Of a stretch of 64,000 nt of DNA, positions 13,321-27,800 are shown one piece after another (position 1 is the stretch's first letter; each line of letters starts with the position of its first letter). Under the pieces are notes generated by a model. It saw nothing but the letters and a program-made list of their open reading frames with translations. It was not told the origin of the DNA and searched no databases. A program made the translations under genes and the position numbers. The DNA is taken from contig JAAOMT010000436.1 of NCBI GenBank assembly GCA_016748015.1, positions 816,033 through 880,032 on the forward strand. The letters run 5' to 3'. This DNA comes from Geosiphon pyriformis uo1. Taxonomy: Eukaryota > Fungi > Glomeromycota.

Positions 13321-16300
13321 TTACCAAAAAAAATGGGAAAATATGGTTTTGTGTAAACTACTAAAAATTCAACAGTATTACTTAAGAAGATAGCTACTTA
13401 ACTTTTTTTATTCAAGAAATCCTGAATAACTTAAAGAATAAAAAATAATTTTCTTTCTTAGACTTAGCCAGTAGATATTGACAAGTTGAAATAGATTTTA
13501 AAAACAAAGAAAAAATAGCACTTATTATGCAAAATAAAAACTTCAAATTTAATATAATGTTTTTTGGATTTTGTATAAAAAAATTTTCTAGGAATCAGTT
13601 TTAATATATTTAAACAATACCAATATATTTTCTAAAATATTTAATGACTATCTGCTCTATTTCCAACAAGTTTTTAATTGTTTTTGGAGCACCAAACTAA
13701 AACTAAACACAAATAAATGTTTTTTTAAAAAGACTAAACTAAAATTTTTGAAACATATAATAGAAAAAGATAGAAATAAAATAAAACCAAATCTGAATAA
13801 GATGAAAAAGATCAAAGACTTCTCAGCTCTAACCAACTTGCAAGAACTAAAAAAATTCTTAAAACTGGCTAAATATTATCACAAATTTGTCAAAAACTTC
13901 TTAAACATTACAAAACCATTCCATTATCTGTTGTTAAAACATGTTTTGTATCTATAAAGAAAAGAACAACAAAAAACTTTCACTTACTTTAAACAATGCT
14001 TAATAAAAGCACCAATATTAATTTACTCAAACTTTAATAAATGGTTTATTGTTACTATAAATACCTCAAAAAATGCACTAGAAACTATTCTGTTACAAAT
14101 CAGACCAGACAATTGAAAACATCCAATTGTCTATACCAGTTACAATATTAATACAACAAAAAAAATATACAGTATAACAGATTTGAAATATCTTGTTATT
14201 TATTGGGCAATACAAAATTGGAAATATTATCTTTGTCAAATATTTAACCTATATACAAATCACAAAGAACTCATTTGGTTACTCAGCAAGCCACAATTAA
14301 AAAAAAAATATGCACAATAAAATAATTATTTACAACAATTCTCATACAAAATACATTAGAAAAAAAAGCCAAAAACACTAATGCTAACAGTTTGTTGAAA
14401 ATAATATATATCTAACTCTGGATCCATAAACACAACCATTTATTAACAATTACATCAGTATTTATTAACATTACAATTCAAAGAAAAATTATCTCAACAA
14501 AAACAAAGTAGTATATAAAACAAGCTTGCAATTATTTTATTCAAAACAACTAATTATATTGTTGAGAATACTAAAATTATACTACTTCACAATAAGTTAT
14601 AAAAAACAATGAAAAAAAAACTGTTTTACATAGCATGTATTTTAATTTAACTGCAAAATACTTTAACAAAGATACTACTTTAGAAAAAACAATGAATCTA
14701 TACTATTAACTAATAATATATAAGAATATTTTTGAATACATTATTAACTATAACTTATGCCAATAAAGAAAAGAAACCAAAACCATAGAATTACTTTGAT
14801 TCATTCTAGTTAGAAATTTATTTAATAAAATTGGGATTAATTTAGTTGGTTTTCTTTTAATTACATTCAAAAAAAATTATTATATTGCTGTAGCTATAGA
14901 CTATTTTATTAAATGGCTTAAAATCAAAGCTATTCAAATAGCAAACACTAAAACAGTAGCCAAATTTATACATCAAGATCTAATTTGCCAACATAGATGT
15001 CCAAAAGAATTATTATTTGACCAAAAAACTTATTTCATTAATAGTATATTAGCCAAACTAAGCTAATAATTTAGAATAAAACAACCATTATTATTACTAT
15101 ATTATTTACAAATAAATGAATTGGTAAAAAAATTTTATTAAATATTGTATAAAACATTAGCAAAAATAAGTTACAAAAATAGAACTTATTTATACTTTTT
15201 GTACTATTTATATACTAAATATTAAAGCAAAATATTATTTAGTTTATACTATTTAAATTAGTTTATAAAAGAAAAACCACTTTACCTATTAAATAAAAAA
15301 TACATTTTTTTTCAACAAAAACAATTACTAAAAAAAATTTTAAAGCTATCTTGTACTAAAAAACATATTAACTTATAGAAACATTAAAAAACAATTATAA
15401 AACAGCAGCTAATAATATTAACAAAGCTTAAAAACAACAAAAAAAAAGACATAATAATTGCCTATCTAATTAACCAGTTGAATCTAAAATTGGAGACTAA
15501 AGCTAAGAAGCAATAAAGTAAAAAGTTTAATTCAAAATAGGACAGATTATTTTACATATACAAAATTTTAGACAATAGAGCATATAAATTATAATTAAAA
15601 GACAAAATTTTAAAGAAAGTAGTACATGAAAATTGTCTAAAAATTTATCATACCAAACAGAAGTTATTGTTATTTGTATCTCAACTAGAAACACAAATTT
15701 CATTAATCAGACCAGAAAATATATCATAAAATCTGGAACCAATTATTGTTATCAAAACATAGTTAACATATGATAATTTAAATTAAAAATTTAAGTATAT
15801 ATAAAGACCAAAACAGCAAAAAAAAAATGATAAAGCTCTCAACATGAATCTTTCAGATCAAATTTTAAAACTTTTAAAACAACTATTTAAAGCAATTTAA
15901 CAATTTACAACACCAATAAAATTATAATTAATAGAAAAAAAATATGATACAGAAATTTACACAAGAAAAAAAAGGATAAAAGTTTAACTAAAACTGAATG
16001 TTCTTATCTTTATAAATAATTAAAGAAAAAAAAAAGATAAATGTTAGACAAAGTTTAATGAAATTAAAAAGGCTTTAAGCAAATTAAACTTGGAACCAGT
16101 AACAGAAAAATGAACACCAGAAAATACCAGAAAATGGAAAAAAAAACTTTTACTAATTTACTAGTTCTTTAAGATTGGTAAACAACTAAAATTAAGAACA
16201 CCATATAAAAATCTCAACAGATAAACCTTTAACAAAAAAGCTTTCAAACAAGTAAAAAAATTCATAAGAAGAAATAACTTAATACTATACTACAAAACAA

Positions 16301-17070
16301 TTTACCAATTGTATGCAGTTTTTAAATACTGTTTAGCTGTCCTGTTAGATAGTACACTAAAAACTATTATAGTCAACAACATAAAATAAATAACAAATTC
16401 ATAGTTTGAAAACCTACAAAAAACAATATTCAATATAATAATTGAATATTATACTAAAAGAACAATTTTTACAAATACATATAATTTTACAAGAACTTAA
16501 TTTTAAAAAAAAAATATTATTACCCAAATAGAAAAACCAATTCAAAAAATATTAAAAAATATTTAAAATCTCAAACTTACTCATATATAATTCATGAATT
16601 TTGTGTTTAAAACTGAATTAATTGTTTTCCTATTTTTATTTTTGGCCAAATGTTCTTAGCATAAAATGTTTTGAACAATAACAACTTAAACCAAATGTTT
16701 TTAATCATAATAATTAACAATACTAATTTATTTTATTTTATTTTATTTTATTTTATTTTTATTTTATTTTTATTTTATTTTTTTTATTCTCTTGTAAAAT
16801 AACAATATTGTAAAATTAATTGTCTAGAAATAAATTCTATAATAGCTTGGTAAAAAAAAAAAGCTTTTCTTAGAATTGAATATTAATGTTATCTTGTTAG
16901 CTTACTAGAAGGGCAAAAAAACACTATTAGATTTTAACAACTGCATTTAACTAATTTAGAGAAAATAGCTTACATACTTAAGCCATAAACAGCCAAATAT
17001 TTTTTTGTGTTTTATAATTAAAGAACTTTTATAGGTAAAATTAGCAAAAATCTTTAGAGATTAATATTAC
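13320..17070 (+). mobile_element. 5'-truncated, heavily eroded Ty3/Gypsy relic: RT-RNaseH-integrase, ORF3-like segment (~15844-16500), eroded PPT and probable 3' LTR from ~16518
   Basis: KKNGKIWFCVNY, FLDLASRY*QV, IYLNN (from YxDD), IGINLVG, YYIAVAIDYFIKW; gaacttaattttaaaaaaaaaatattattacc is the G>A/C>T image of gagctcagtcttgaggaggaggttatattacc in E3. Right end uncertain. Confidence 0.8.
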
Positions 17071-17841
17071 CAATTTATCTTAAATATTTAAAATAAAAAA
17101 TTTTAAGCTTTCTATTATTCAAATTTAAAGCACCAAATATTATTACAACACTCTACCAAGTTTATTTATAACAATACTAAAATAATCTAATTCAGAATTT
17201 TTTTTACTTTTAAAACATGTTAAACCAAAAAACTGTTTATAATAATAATTATATTAGTACCAAAAAAATTTTTATTTACACTAAAAGTAAAAACCTGTAT
17301 TTTAACAAACTTATTTATAATCTATAACTTAATATTAGATCTTAATTTCATCTTTATAACAAATAAAATTATATTGTCAAAATTTATATATTAACAAATA
17401 ATGTTTTTTTGCTTAGCCAAATTGTTTATACTTTAATATTACATATAGTCATTTTTTAAACTAATTTACTTATTAGGATGTAAAAAAAATTAAAAAAACC
17501 AAGTTAATGTATATTTAATTCAATTTTATTAAAATAAAACCAATTAAAATCTTCAAAATAACTAATTTTAACTTTATACTTCCTATTTTAATAATAAAAA
17601 TCTTTAAACAACTTGTATCCAAAGCTAAAGTTTCTAAAACATCTATTATAAAGAAAAATAACAACTTAAGTAAACTATTTATCATTATTTTTAAGTCTAA
17701 TTTTGTAATAAAAGCTAGTATTTTACTTAAAAAAAAAACAGCAGAAACATAAGAATCTAAAATTAAACTCTTTAATTTATGAAAAATATTAAATACTTAA
17801 TCTGTTAAAAGCTTTATAAACTGTTTTAAAGATATCAAATA

Positions 17842-18900
17842 GTGTTATTGGAGATTTTTTTATCTTTTTTTAAGTATTGTTAATATTATTTTACTATTAA
17901 TTTTGCTGTTAATAAAAGTTAGTGAATTTTTAATAAGTCAATTTTTTTTCCAAAATATTTTTTTATACTTAGACCATATATGTTGTTGGATTTATAATAA
18001 AATGACCAATTCTATGCAATTATTTATATAGTTACTTTGCAGTAAAAATTGACTTTTTTACAGAAAAATCTTGTCTGTAAGCTTTTTAAAATATGTATAG
18101 TTATTTTGCTATAAAAGTCAACTTTTTTACAAGAAAATTTTATTTGTAAGTTTTCTAAAAATGTGTGTAGTTATTTTGCTATAAAAATCACTTTTTCTAC
18201 AAAAAATTTCGACTATAGACTACTCAATAATATAAAAAAAATAAACTAAAAATAAACTAAAAAAAAAATAAGAAAATATATTAAAAAAGTTATTTTAAAT
18301 CTAAGTTTAAAAGTTATTAACAGTTACTGAAATTGGTAGTTAATTAATTTCAATATATTAATATAGAATAGTTAATTTTACAATAGAAATAACTAAGAAT
18401 TTTTATGTTTTCAAAATAAGTTTTATTGAAATTGATTTGTATAAAAGATATTAGGAAAAATATTAATTCTAATTAAGATAAATTTTAACTAAATACATTT
18501 TTCCAAAAAAAAGCTCTTTTTTTATATAATTTGTTGTAATACTATTCTATAATCTAACATTTTTTTTTAATTTTTTGGCAATTAAAAATATATTTTGTTA
18601 AACTACAAATTATTTCTGCAAACTATAAGTTATTTTGATAAACTATTAAATATTTTGTCAAATTACCAAATATTTTGACAAACTTTTAAATATTATATAG
18701 TTTAATGTATTATATAATCTAATTATTACAATTTGGTTTTATTTGTGTTTTGTACAAATTGAATTATTACTTAAATAATAATTCAGATAATTTAATAAGA
18801 TAATAAGTAATAAATTAAAATAATAATATATATTAATTAATAATAAGAATTATAAGAATAATTTTATGTTAAATAATATTTCAAATTTTATTTAATAATA
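17842..18900 (-). mobile_element. Eroded solo LTR related to the E2/E3 LTR family
   Basis: Blocks such as aacagttactgaaattggtagttaattaatttc and gtgtagttattttgctataaaa match the LTR at 41801-42780 in the same order and orientation. Confidence 0.75.
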
Positions 18901-18999
18901 ATAAATATTAACAAAAAAAACTTTTATTAAGAAAAAAAGCACCAGATAAAAATTATGATTAATATTAGCAAAAACAATGATTAAAAAAACTATTTGGAT

Positions 19000-20450
19000 T
19001 TAAAACTTATTACCAAAAACTACTAATTATAAAATAAAAATTTTTTTCTTGGCATAAAGATAAGTTAACTAAAAATAATTTTTATTTAACATAAACTTTT
19101 TATAACTTTTTCTTAAAATAGAAATAATAGTATTAACAGTATTATATTCAAGAACAAAATATTTAAAACATTTATATTTTATACAACAAATTAAATTCAA
19201 CTTAGTTCAAAAAAGTTTAACACTACCAAAAATTGGTTCTATGCAAAATATTAATTCCAAATTTTTTCTAGACATAAAACCAATTATAATATAACAAATT
19301 TTATTGTCAATAACAAAAAATAGTTAATTACACAAGTTTTCTTACCAGTTTTTTTATTAAAGTATTTAAATTATAAGTAATTATTTTCATAAATAAAATA
19401 AACAAAAATGCTTTAAATTGATTTTTTAATATCCAAATAATATAATTTTTTATAGTCTTGGTTACATGTATTAAGTTTTTTTCAATCAAAAAAAACCATT
19501 TTACTGTTAATTTATCTGCTTAATCTAATTTAGTAAACTCTATTACAGTCTTTTGTCATAGTTCAATTAATTACAATTAGATTAATATTATTTGTTTATA
19601 TTTAGTTATTATAGCAATAATTATATTTTTAAGTGTGTTTATAAGAATTTTTTTGATAACTACAGCCCAATCTGAATAAAGTTTTTGTTTCTTAAAATCA
19701 ATCTTTATGATAATATCTTTTTTTTTGGTTAATAGTATGGCTTTTTTTATGTTTTTTTTAACATAAATATAAATTTAATAATTTTTTTAAATTTTAAAAA
19801 AGTAATAATCTTTTTAAAACCATTTATTTTTAAGAAAATTTTTTTAATAATTTGTACTTTTGTTTTAATTAACTTTTTTTCAACTGCCAAGAAATTAATA
19901 TTCAAAATAAAAATTTTTTTTAATAAGAATTACAACTTAAATTTTGACAATTTTAAGATCAATTTATTTTTTTTCTAAAAAAATAACTACAGAAATAAAA
20001 TATATACTTATTATTAGAGCCAAAATTACAAAAACTAAGAAAAAAGTTACTGTTTTTTTAGAATTAAATTGTTTTGTCTTAAAAGTATTAATTTAAAAAT
20101 TCAAAGACTTTTTATTTTATTGTTAGTATTATATCTAATATTAAAAATTGTTAAGTTTTTTACTATATTATTAAAAGTAATATTTATGTTTTTAAACTAA
20201 TTAATATTGAATAAAGATTTTTTAAACTCTAAATCTGCTTTGTTATTCAAGTATTTAACTTTATAATAGATATTTTAGATTTTTATAACAAACTACTACT
20301 TATAAATTTTAAAGCAATACTTCTAGTCAATTTTTTTTTGAATATAATATTATTAGTAATGGCTATTAAAATAATAATAAAAAAATTTATGTTTTAAAAA
20401 ATTGTGAAATTAAAACAGTAAAGAAAAAATAAAACAAAAAACTTTTTTTT
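19000..20450 (-). mobile_element. Second eroded copy of the 12.4-13.3 kb ORF relic, inverted
   Basis: Minus strand of ~19450-19690 reads KKQKLYSDWAVVIKKILINTLKNIII..L*QKTVIEFTKLD*ADKLTVKWFFLI, aligning with 13115-13320. Confidence 0.6.
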
Positions 20451-21928
20451 TAAAATTAACTCTTTAAAAAATTTTAAATATAAGAGAAAAAAAAGTTTTT
20501 AGTTAAATTAAATTCTAAATTATATATAATAAAAAACTTAAAAATTTAAATATTATAAGCTATTTAAATTTTTTACACAATTTTTTAGTTGTTAATTATT
20601 GTTATTAAAAATTGGTTAATAAATAATTATTGGTAATTTTTAATTCTGTTAAAGCTAAGTTTTTGGCTATTAGTTAAGTTTTAAGTTAAAATTTATAATA
20701 ATTATAATTAATAAACAGTTTAATTAACTAAGTATTTTTTTATTTTATGATTAATAAATTTATTAAATTGTTTTAATTTGGTATTTAATTTAAATAATCT
20801 ATTTATTATCAAGTTTACAATTTAAACATAATTAATTTTTTGTTTAATTAATTCAAAATTTCTGACCAATATAATTGTTATTTAGAAATTATTTGAGCAT
20901 AATAAATGTATTTATTAAAAAATATTATTGTGTAGTCTTATAGTATATGATTTTAAAAATGACAAAATTTGTTAATAATTAATTAAGTTTTAATATTATA
21001 AATTAATAATATTTTAAAAAAAATAAAAAATTGCTTATATAATTTTTTAATTATTTTAATTATTAATAATAATAGCTTTTTTTTTGTAAATAAATTTTTT
21101 GAATTTAATAATAAATATATATATTATTAGAATATATATAAATAAAAAAATATTGTTAATAGTATAAAAGCTTTAAAATTAGTAATACTAGTGGTGAATT
21201 TATTGGTGTAGTTAGAGATAAATTTTTAAGTATTAATATAATAAAATTTAAAACAATCAGGTTTTAAATAATAAGTAATAAAATCTTAATTTTTGTGTTT
21301 GTTAAGATTATTAGTCATGTTAAATACATGGTAAAAAAAATACCAAACATTATTAAAAATGACCAGTTTGTTATTCTGTTGAGATTTTAATTTATTAAAA
21401 AACAACAAATTTTATTTAATTTTGGTTTTTTTGTTAATTTTTAATTTAAAGTTTTTTTAAATAATCATACATATATATTTTATAATAAATTGCTGTTTTA
21501 TTATATATTAAATTTAATAATTTATATAATGTTTGATTGATATTTTAAATAAAATTATTTATTTGTAAATAATATAATATTTTTATTGAGTTTAGTCCAA
21601 CTTATAAAAAATAACATATAATTGTAACAAAATATTTTATAATATCTTAGCTAATGGGCGATCTCGTGACAGATAAGAAATTTCTTGACCTCATCTTTTA
21701 ACTTGGTTATTATAAAATACTACAAAGTAAAAAGACACCAAAGGTAAGTAGGTAATCTTCAATTAATTCGAAGCGTCGCGTAACTTATAGGATACTTTAA
21801 ATAGGTTTTGTTCTAGTTTCACAATTGATAGTTTCGCAACTCCTTTCTTATTTTCTAATAAATCGGTTTAAGCCCGAAGAGACAGGGAATTACCAAACAC
21901 AGTCGTTTTCTATCCAGTCTATTGAATC

Positions 21929-22363
21929 ATGGAACCTTCACGTGTTGAACGCGTAAAAATGGGTGCAATTATGGGTGGAACAGTGGGTCTTTGTCTTGGT
22001 CTGGTGTTTGGAACTTATACTCTTTTTCGGTAAGTCACACTACAACATTCTCGCTATCGATTTTCATTATTCAACTTTTTGGCCTATTGATGAATCGTTT
22101 TTCACATATTTCACATTGACATATCTATTTCTTACTCTTATATGTCATAAAAAAGATATGGACCAGGTCCACGAGGCTATGTTCAGACCTTGGGTCAATA
22201 TATGGCCACCTCAGCAGGTTCTTTTGCACTATTTATGAGCATCGGTTCATTTATTCGTAGTGAGGAAGCACATCATTTTGAGCAGCGTCGGTTATTTTCA
22301 TCACGTGGATTTAAAAATATACCCGTTGAGGTGTTGGAATCGAGAAAATGGGATAGATCATAA
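21929..22363 (+). CDS. MGR2: Mgr2/Romo1 family mitochondrial inner-membrane (TIM23-associated) protein, 2 exons (intron 22030-22155)
   Basis: Spliced product [70 protein letters not shown]...; missed by the ORF track. Confidence 0.92.
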
Positions 22364-24827
22364 GAGTGTGGTGAAGCAGAATATGTCTATTAAATTTTGT
22401 CAGTGTTAGAATTGTATTAAGTGAAGTTGATGTCCAATGAGGCATTAATATGGTAATAGTCGGAGCAGCCAATGGGTAGATCAAAAGGCTTTAAAGATAA
22501 TAATATACTAAACTTATAGTTATTTGACAATGCTTTTATTCTTTATGTATAGGTGTTATCCCATACTGAAATTTTTACAACTAATAATAAAGCTGATGGT
22601 TTTTCGAATTTTTTAATCTTGTCTAATACTGAAAATCTTGAGGGTTCGATTATTTATTAAGTTCGGCTCTCATTTCCTAGCCTCCAAAAATTCCACAAAC
22701 TCTACCTCAAAGACTATTTCTCTTTAATATGGGACATATTTCGCGGCAAAAAATTATAAATCTCATTTATTACTACTTTTCAGGAATAATAAACAAACTT
22801 CTTGCTTAGGCAATTTTTTGACCAAGACTGTTCAATTGCCCACTTTCATATAATTTGGAAAAATGATTCCCAAAGTATAAATTAAATATTTTTCATTGTT
22901 ATAGTCAAGTATTTTTTAATAAGATTTTTTGATTTTCTCTTAAATTATTCTGATTTTCATATTTTAACAAAATTCATTTATATTAATATTAAAGAAATAC
23001 TCATTAGTTTAATTAAAATTAATTTTTAAAAACTGATTATTATTAAATCTAAATATGAAAAAAAAACAAAATTTGCAAAAAAAATTATGTTGTTTATTTT
23101 AATTTTAAAATTAATAATAAAATAATAAAATTCAATATTTATTAATATTATTATAATTAATAAGCGCAATATAACAACCAAGTATTCTAAATTAAATGTG
23201 ATTCATGCTCTTTTTATATGTAATCAGACAATATAATTAATTAAACTTAATAAAATTTTGTATAATTTTTGTGTATTTAAAATTTTATTTATTCAAATTT
23301 TTGTAACTTTTTTAATAATTTTAATAATTTCAAAAGATAATTATATTATTATTATCATATAATAAAACAACACCAAATTTATTTTTAAATTTAAAAAATA
23401 TTTTAAATACATTAATAATTGTTTTACCAAAATTTTTAACTTAAATCTTAATATCAAAATTTAAAAATCTGGTTGTGCAATAAAATTTTTTTTAATAGTT
23501 AAAAAAAAATAATTAAGACAATTATAAAACCAATATAGATTTTATAAATTAAATAGTTTTTGTAATTGAGTTTTTAAATATGTTTTTATTAATTATAAAT
23601 ATATTATTGTTATATTTTTTAAGTTATAATATTTGAATTGTTTTTATTGTAAATATTTTTATAATTTTTAGTATAAATAGTTTAATGTATTTGTTTTAAA
23701 AATATATAAAATTTAAATTTAAAACTTGAATTTAAAAATAAAAAAATAAAACCAAAAATTATGAAAAAATCCAATTAAAAACTTTTGTATTTATAATTTG
23801 TTTTAATTTTTTAACAAATAATTATATTTTTTAAAATTAAGCTATATTAAAATTTAAAATAATAATTTGTATTTATTAAATTAAAATAATATTAAATAAT
23901 TAATTTTATAATTTATAATTTATTTAACTTAATTAAATTTTAAATTTAATAAAATTATATAACAGTCTTAAAATACAATATAAATTTTATAACTTATTTT
24001 GTAAAAATAATTTACATTATTTTTTTTAATAATATTTTATTTAAATTTTAATATTATTGGTTTTTTTAATCAATATTATAATTTTGGAATTATAAATTTT
24101 GTTATTTAAAACCAATATTTATTTTTACCAAATATTTTTATAAAGCTAATATATAATTAAAAAATAAAACAATTTTTTTTTGTAATATAATTAAATATAA
24201 AATTAACAATATTTATTAAATAAAAAATAAAAATATAAAAAAAATATTTATAATTATTTTTAAGTTATAATTTAAAATTCCAATCAGTTATTTATGTGTT
24301 TTCTATTTATTAAAAACTTTATAAACACAATTAAATTTTTTTTACTTCAAAAAAAACCTTAAATTTTTTTTTTAAATACCAAGAAACAATAAAAATGATT
24401 ACTTTTCAAGAAGTCTTAATTCAAAACCATATTTTTTTTTGGAAGTTAAAAAAAGTTTAACCATGAGAATTTTACTATTATATTCTTTTTGGTAAGTTAT
24501 CTAAAAGATGTTCCTGAAGTGCAATTAATTTAATTCTTTTTAAAGAGCAAAAATATGGTTGTAAAAATTCACGAACCAGTACTAAAGAAAACATCAAAAT
24601 TGTCACAGTATTAAAGTCAATTAATCCGGAATTTAAATGTAAAATCAAAAATAAAACAAAGGCTGATACAACAGTTTCCTTATGAAACAACCTGGAATAT
24701 GTTATCCTTAAGATGCTTATACCAATTATCTTTTGTAAATTTTTAAATAATGCATTGAAAATTACGCTTATATAAAATACCATGAACTAATTAAACAGAT
24801 AAATTTTATTCTAGTGTGTACTCCAGT

Positions 24828-27800
24828 TTATGTGGTAGTCGATATGGTATAGTCTTTTACGATAAGTTTCCACGAATAATCGATGGGGAAGATCGATTAA
24901 TTAAAGAAAAAAGTGTACAACAATAGAAACAAAGTTTTACTAACCATTCTCATCTAACAACGCTTCTTTCTCATCGCTTTCAATCACCCAAGTCAATAAG
25001 ACAAATCGCGGTAACCTCCTATTATTTCATGGGAAAAAATCAAACTATTGATAAATGGTTGTTACCCGGGAAACCATAGAACGAAAGCAAATAAAACCCA
25101 TAACCCTTACCGAACGAAAGCCGTCTTCAACTTCCTAACACGTCTCAAATCCTGTTGATCCATAATTATATGGGTGACCTTTTCATTTGTAAGACGATTG
25201 ACAACTCGAGCGCCATGGTATCGAAGGATCGATTGAACGTATCGCAATCTGACAATACCAGATGACATTATTATTAAGTACTTTAATAGGTGACAACATA
25301 TGAATTCATATTTAGATTGACAATTCTAAAATAAAAACTCCTCTACTATTACTAACCTATCACAACAGCCTTGCTCTATAGCCCACCATCGCTCTTCATT
25401 TTCAATTTCTTTCTCGGATGATTCATTTTCCCGGTGATTGGGAACGTCTGGAAAATCCAGATAAACCACGCAATGACGGAATAAATTATGTGGAAGATTG
25501 GGGAAAGAGTGCTCGGTGAATAGTCTTTGTGTCTCATCAACTATTTGTCGGAGTTCCTTTTCATCTGTGATAGGATTCTTACGTGACATTCCATCAAGTA
25601 ACTAAAATTACAAGAGATGTAAATTATTAAAGCAAACGATAAAGCTGATTCATCAAATATAAGACGGTTAAATGCTCTTGCATCAGAGGTTCGATGTAAT
25701 TGGTCAGATTTACCTCTTTAAGATCCTCGGCTGATATTTCTTCCATATAGCTATCCCCCCATTCATCCATAAGCTCAAGGAGTTTCTCAGTTGTGGCCTC
25801 CGTCGTGAATATCATGAATCTAATTAATACCAAATCAATAATTCAATGGAGCTAAGTTAATTAATAAACTATTAACATTTCCTGTAAGAATACTTGTGAC
25901 TCAATGGCAAAACACGATTGGCCTTGATGGACTCAGTTATCCACCGTGAATTTATAATATCACACTTTTCTTGTTTGATCAAGTTTTGCACGCTGAGACC
26001 TGTAAATAATAAATCAAAGAGAGCATGAGAAGAAGTTGAAATCAAAAGCTATAAATATATAATTATGCTTTAGACACACTTCGATCTGAATCAGAAAGTA
26101 CATGTATCTTAGGAGTTGCTTCTGGGTGCTGGAAAAACTTGCCCCCATGTTCTTTGATCAAGCGTTGCAGTTGCAGCTTTGACTTTTGCTGCATAACACC
26201 TGATGTGAAAATTTAAATTTAGGAGGATGTTTTTGCAGCCGAATATCATATATACATACAAAAGTCCATATTCTCAAACAAAGTAGAATTATTCGAGGTT
26301 GTCTGTGAAACGTCGATCACGTGGTTATCCAGTATACGAACTTTGGACCTAGCCTGTTAAATCAAAATCTAAAAGTAGGTGGGAAGAATATTTGACAGTT
26401 GCAAGTGATCAATTACCTTTCTTGGAACCATTATTTTTCTTCGTTTGATTCTTGACGTCGTTCTGTTGAATAACTTTTTGAGGAGCTTATTTCAATATGA
26501 AATTCTTTTAATGGGATTTTTTAACAGCTCCTTACATCATATCAGCCTCTGTCAAACTCCTTGAAGTGAATCCATTTTTTCGCAAGTCCATCATTTCTAA
26601 AGGAAAAAGTAATCATTAAAAGTCAATCGTGCGTAGTGTTTGATTTCAAACAGGGTAGTGAACCTTGTATAGTCATGGCACTCTTCCAATCTTTATCCTC
26701 ACGAACTTTCTCGAACCGTGGGAATCGAAGCGTGTAATTAACCGCATATGTATCTTCTGATTAATTAATATAAAATGAGGCATATTGAAACAAAAGGAAG
26801 AAATTCACCTGTGAGTTTAACCTGAGAAAAACTATTTACCTCCTGGAACAATTTCTGATGCCTTCAATTGCACCACAAAAGATCTATTTTGCAGATGATC
26901 TAAATTAGACAAGTGTCTTATAGAGTATCAAAGGTTTAGTGTCCACATACTTTTCCGGCTCAATAATCACGTCGGGTTTCTTATGACCCAGGACAAGCCA
27001 ACGAGGACAATTTTCCGGATTGAATGGTTTCCAATCTTCGATGGATTTCCTGAGAGATGAAGAAAGTGTCAAATTTGATATTCGCATTAAGCAAGATTTC
27101 ACCGTAATCAACTTACCTAAAATCTCTGAGTTCCTCCATCGTATAACCAGTACCAAAACGACAGAATGATAAAAATCTTCGACAATTGAAATAAATTAAA
27201 AATAATGTTTACTTTCGTTTAAGTAACTTAAAATATAGATCATTCAAAAAAGGACTCAACCTTGGCCCATTCCGTTCAGCTTTAGGGTCTCTTAATCCAC
27301 ATAAGAAACTTCCAATCATATTTCGGCGTTTTCCAAGTCCATACGTGCCACCTAGAAGTAAGCGTCAAGAAAGTTATAAAGTAAAAAAAAAACAATTCAA
27401 AAAAGATTTGTAATCTTACCAATCACCAATAAATCCAATGAATCACCGAGCGAATCCAAATATTCGGGTTTGACCTTGATCCAATCGATGTTTCTTCCGT
27501 TAAGGGTATATGAGCTTAACGGGTTTTTGATGATAAGTCCTTCTTGTCTAAGATAAAATTAAAAAGTGAAACCACCAGACATTTTCTTCTTTCCGAATTT
27601 TTGTGATTTTGAAGCACAAACCTTTCCATGATGGCGGCATCGATCGCCTTCAACAAATCTTTATTGGTTGAACCGGTCACGTATGGTAATTTAATAAGAT
27701 AGCCTTGCTTATCATTTAATATTTGGCTTAAAAATCTTCGCCGTTCTAACAAAGGCTTTTCATGTAAGGGTTTCCCATTACATAGAATGATATCAAAAAC

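Noticed and set aside
21963-22238. 91-aa ORF MQLWVEQW...
   Set aside because: Wrong frame across the spliced Mgr2/Romo1 gene.
24478-24783. 101-aa hydrophobic ORF downstream of LIG4
   Set aside because: No recognisable motifs; hydrophobicity follows from AT richness; likely 3' UTR or relic sequence.
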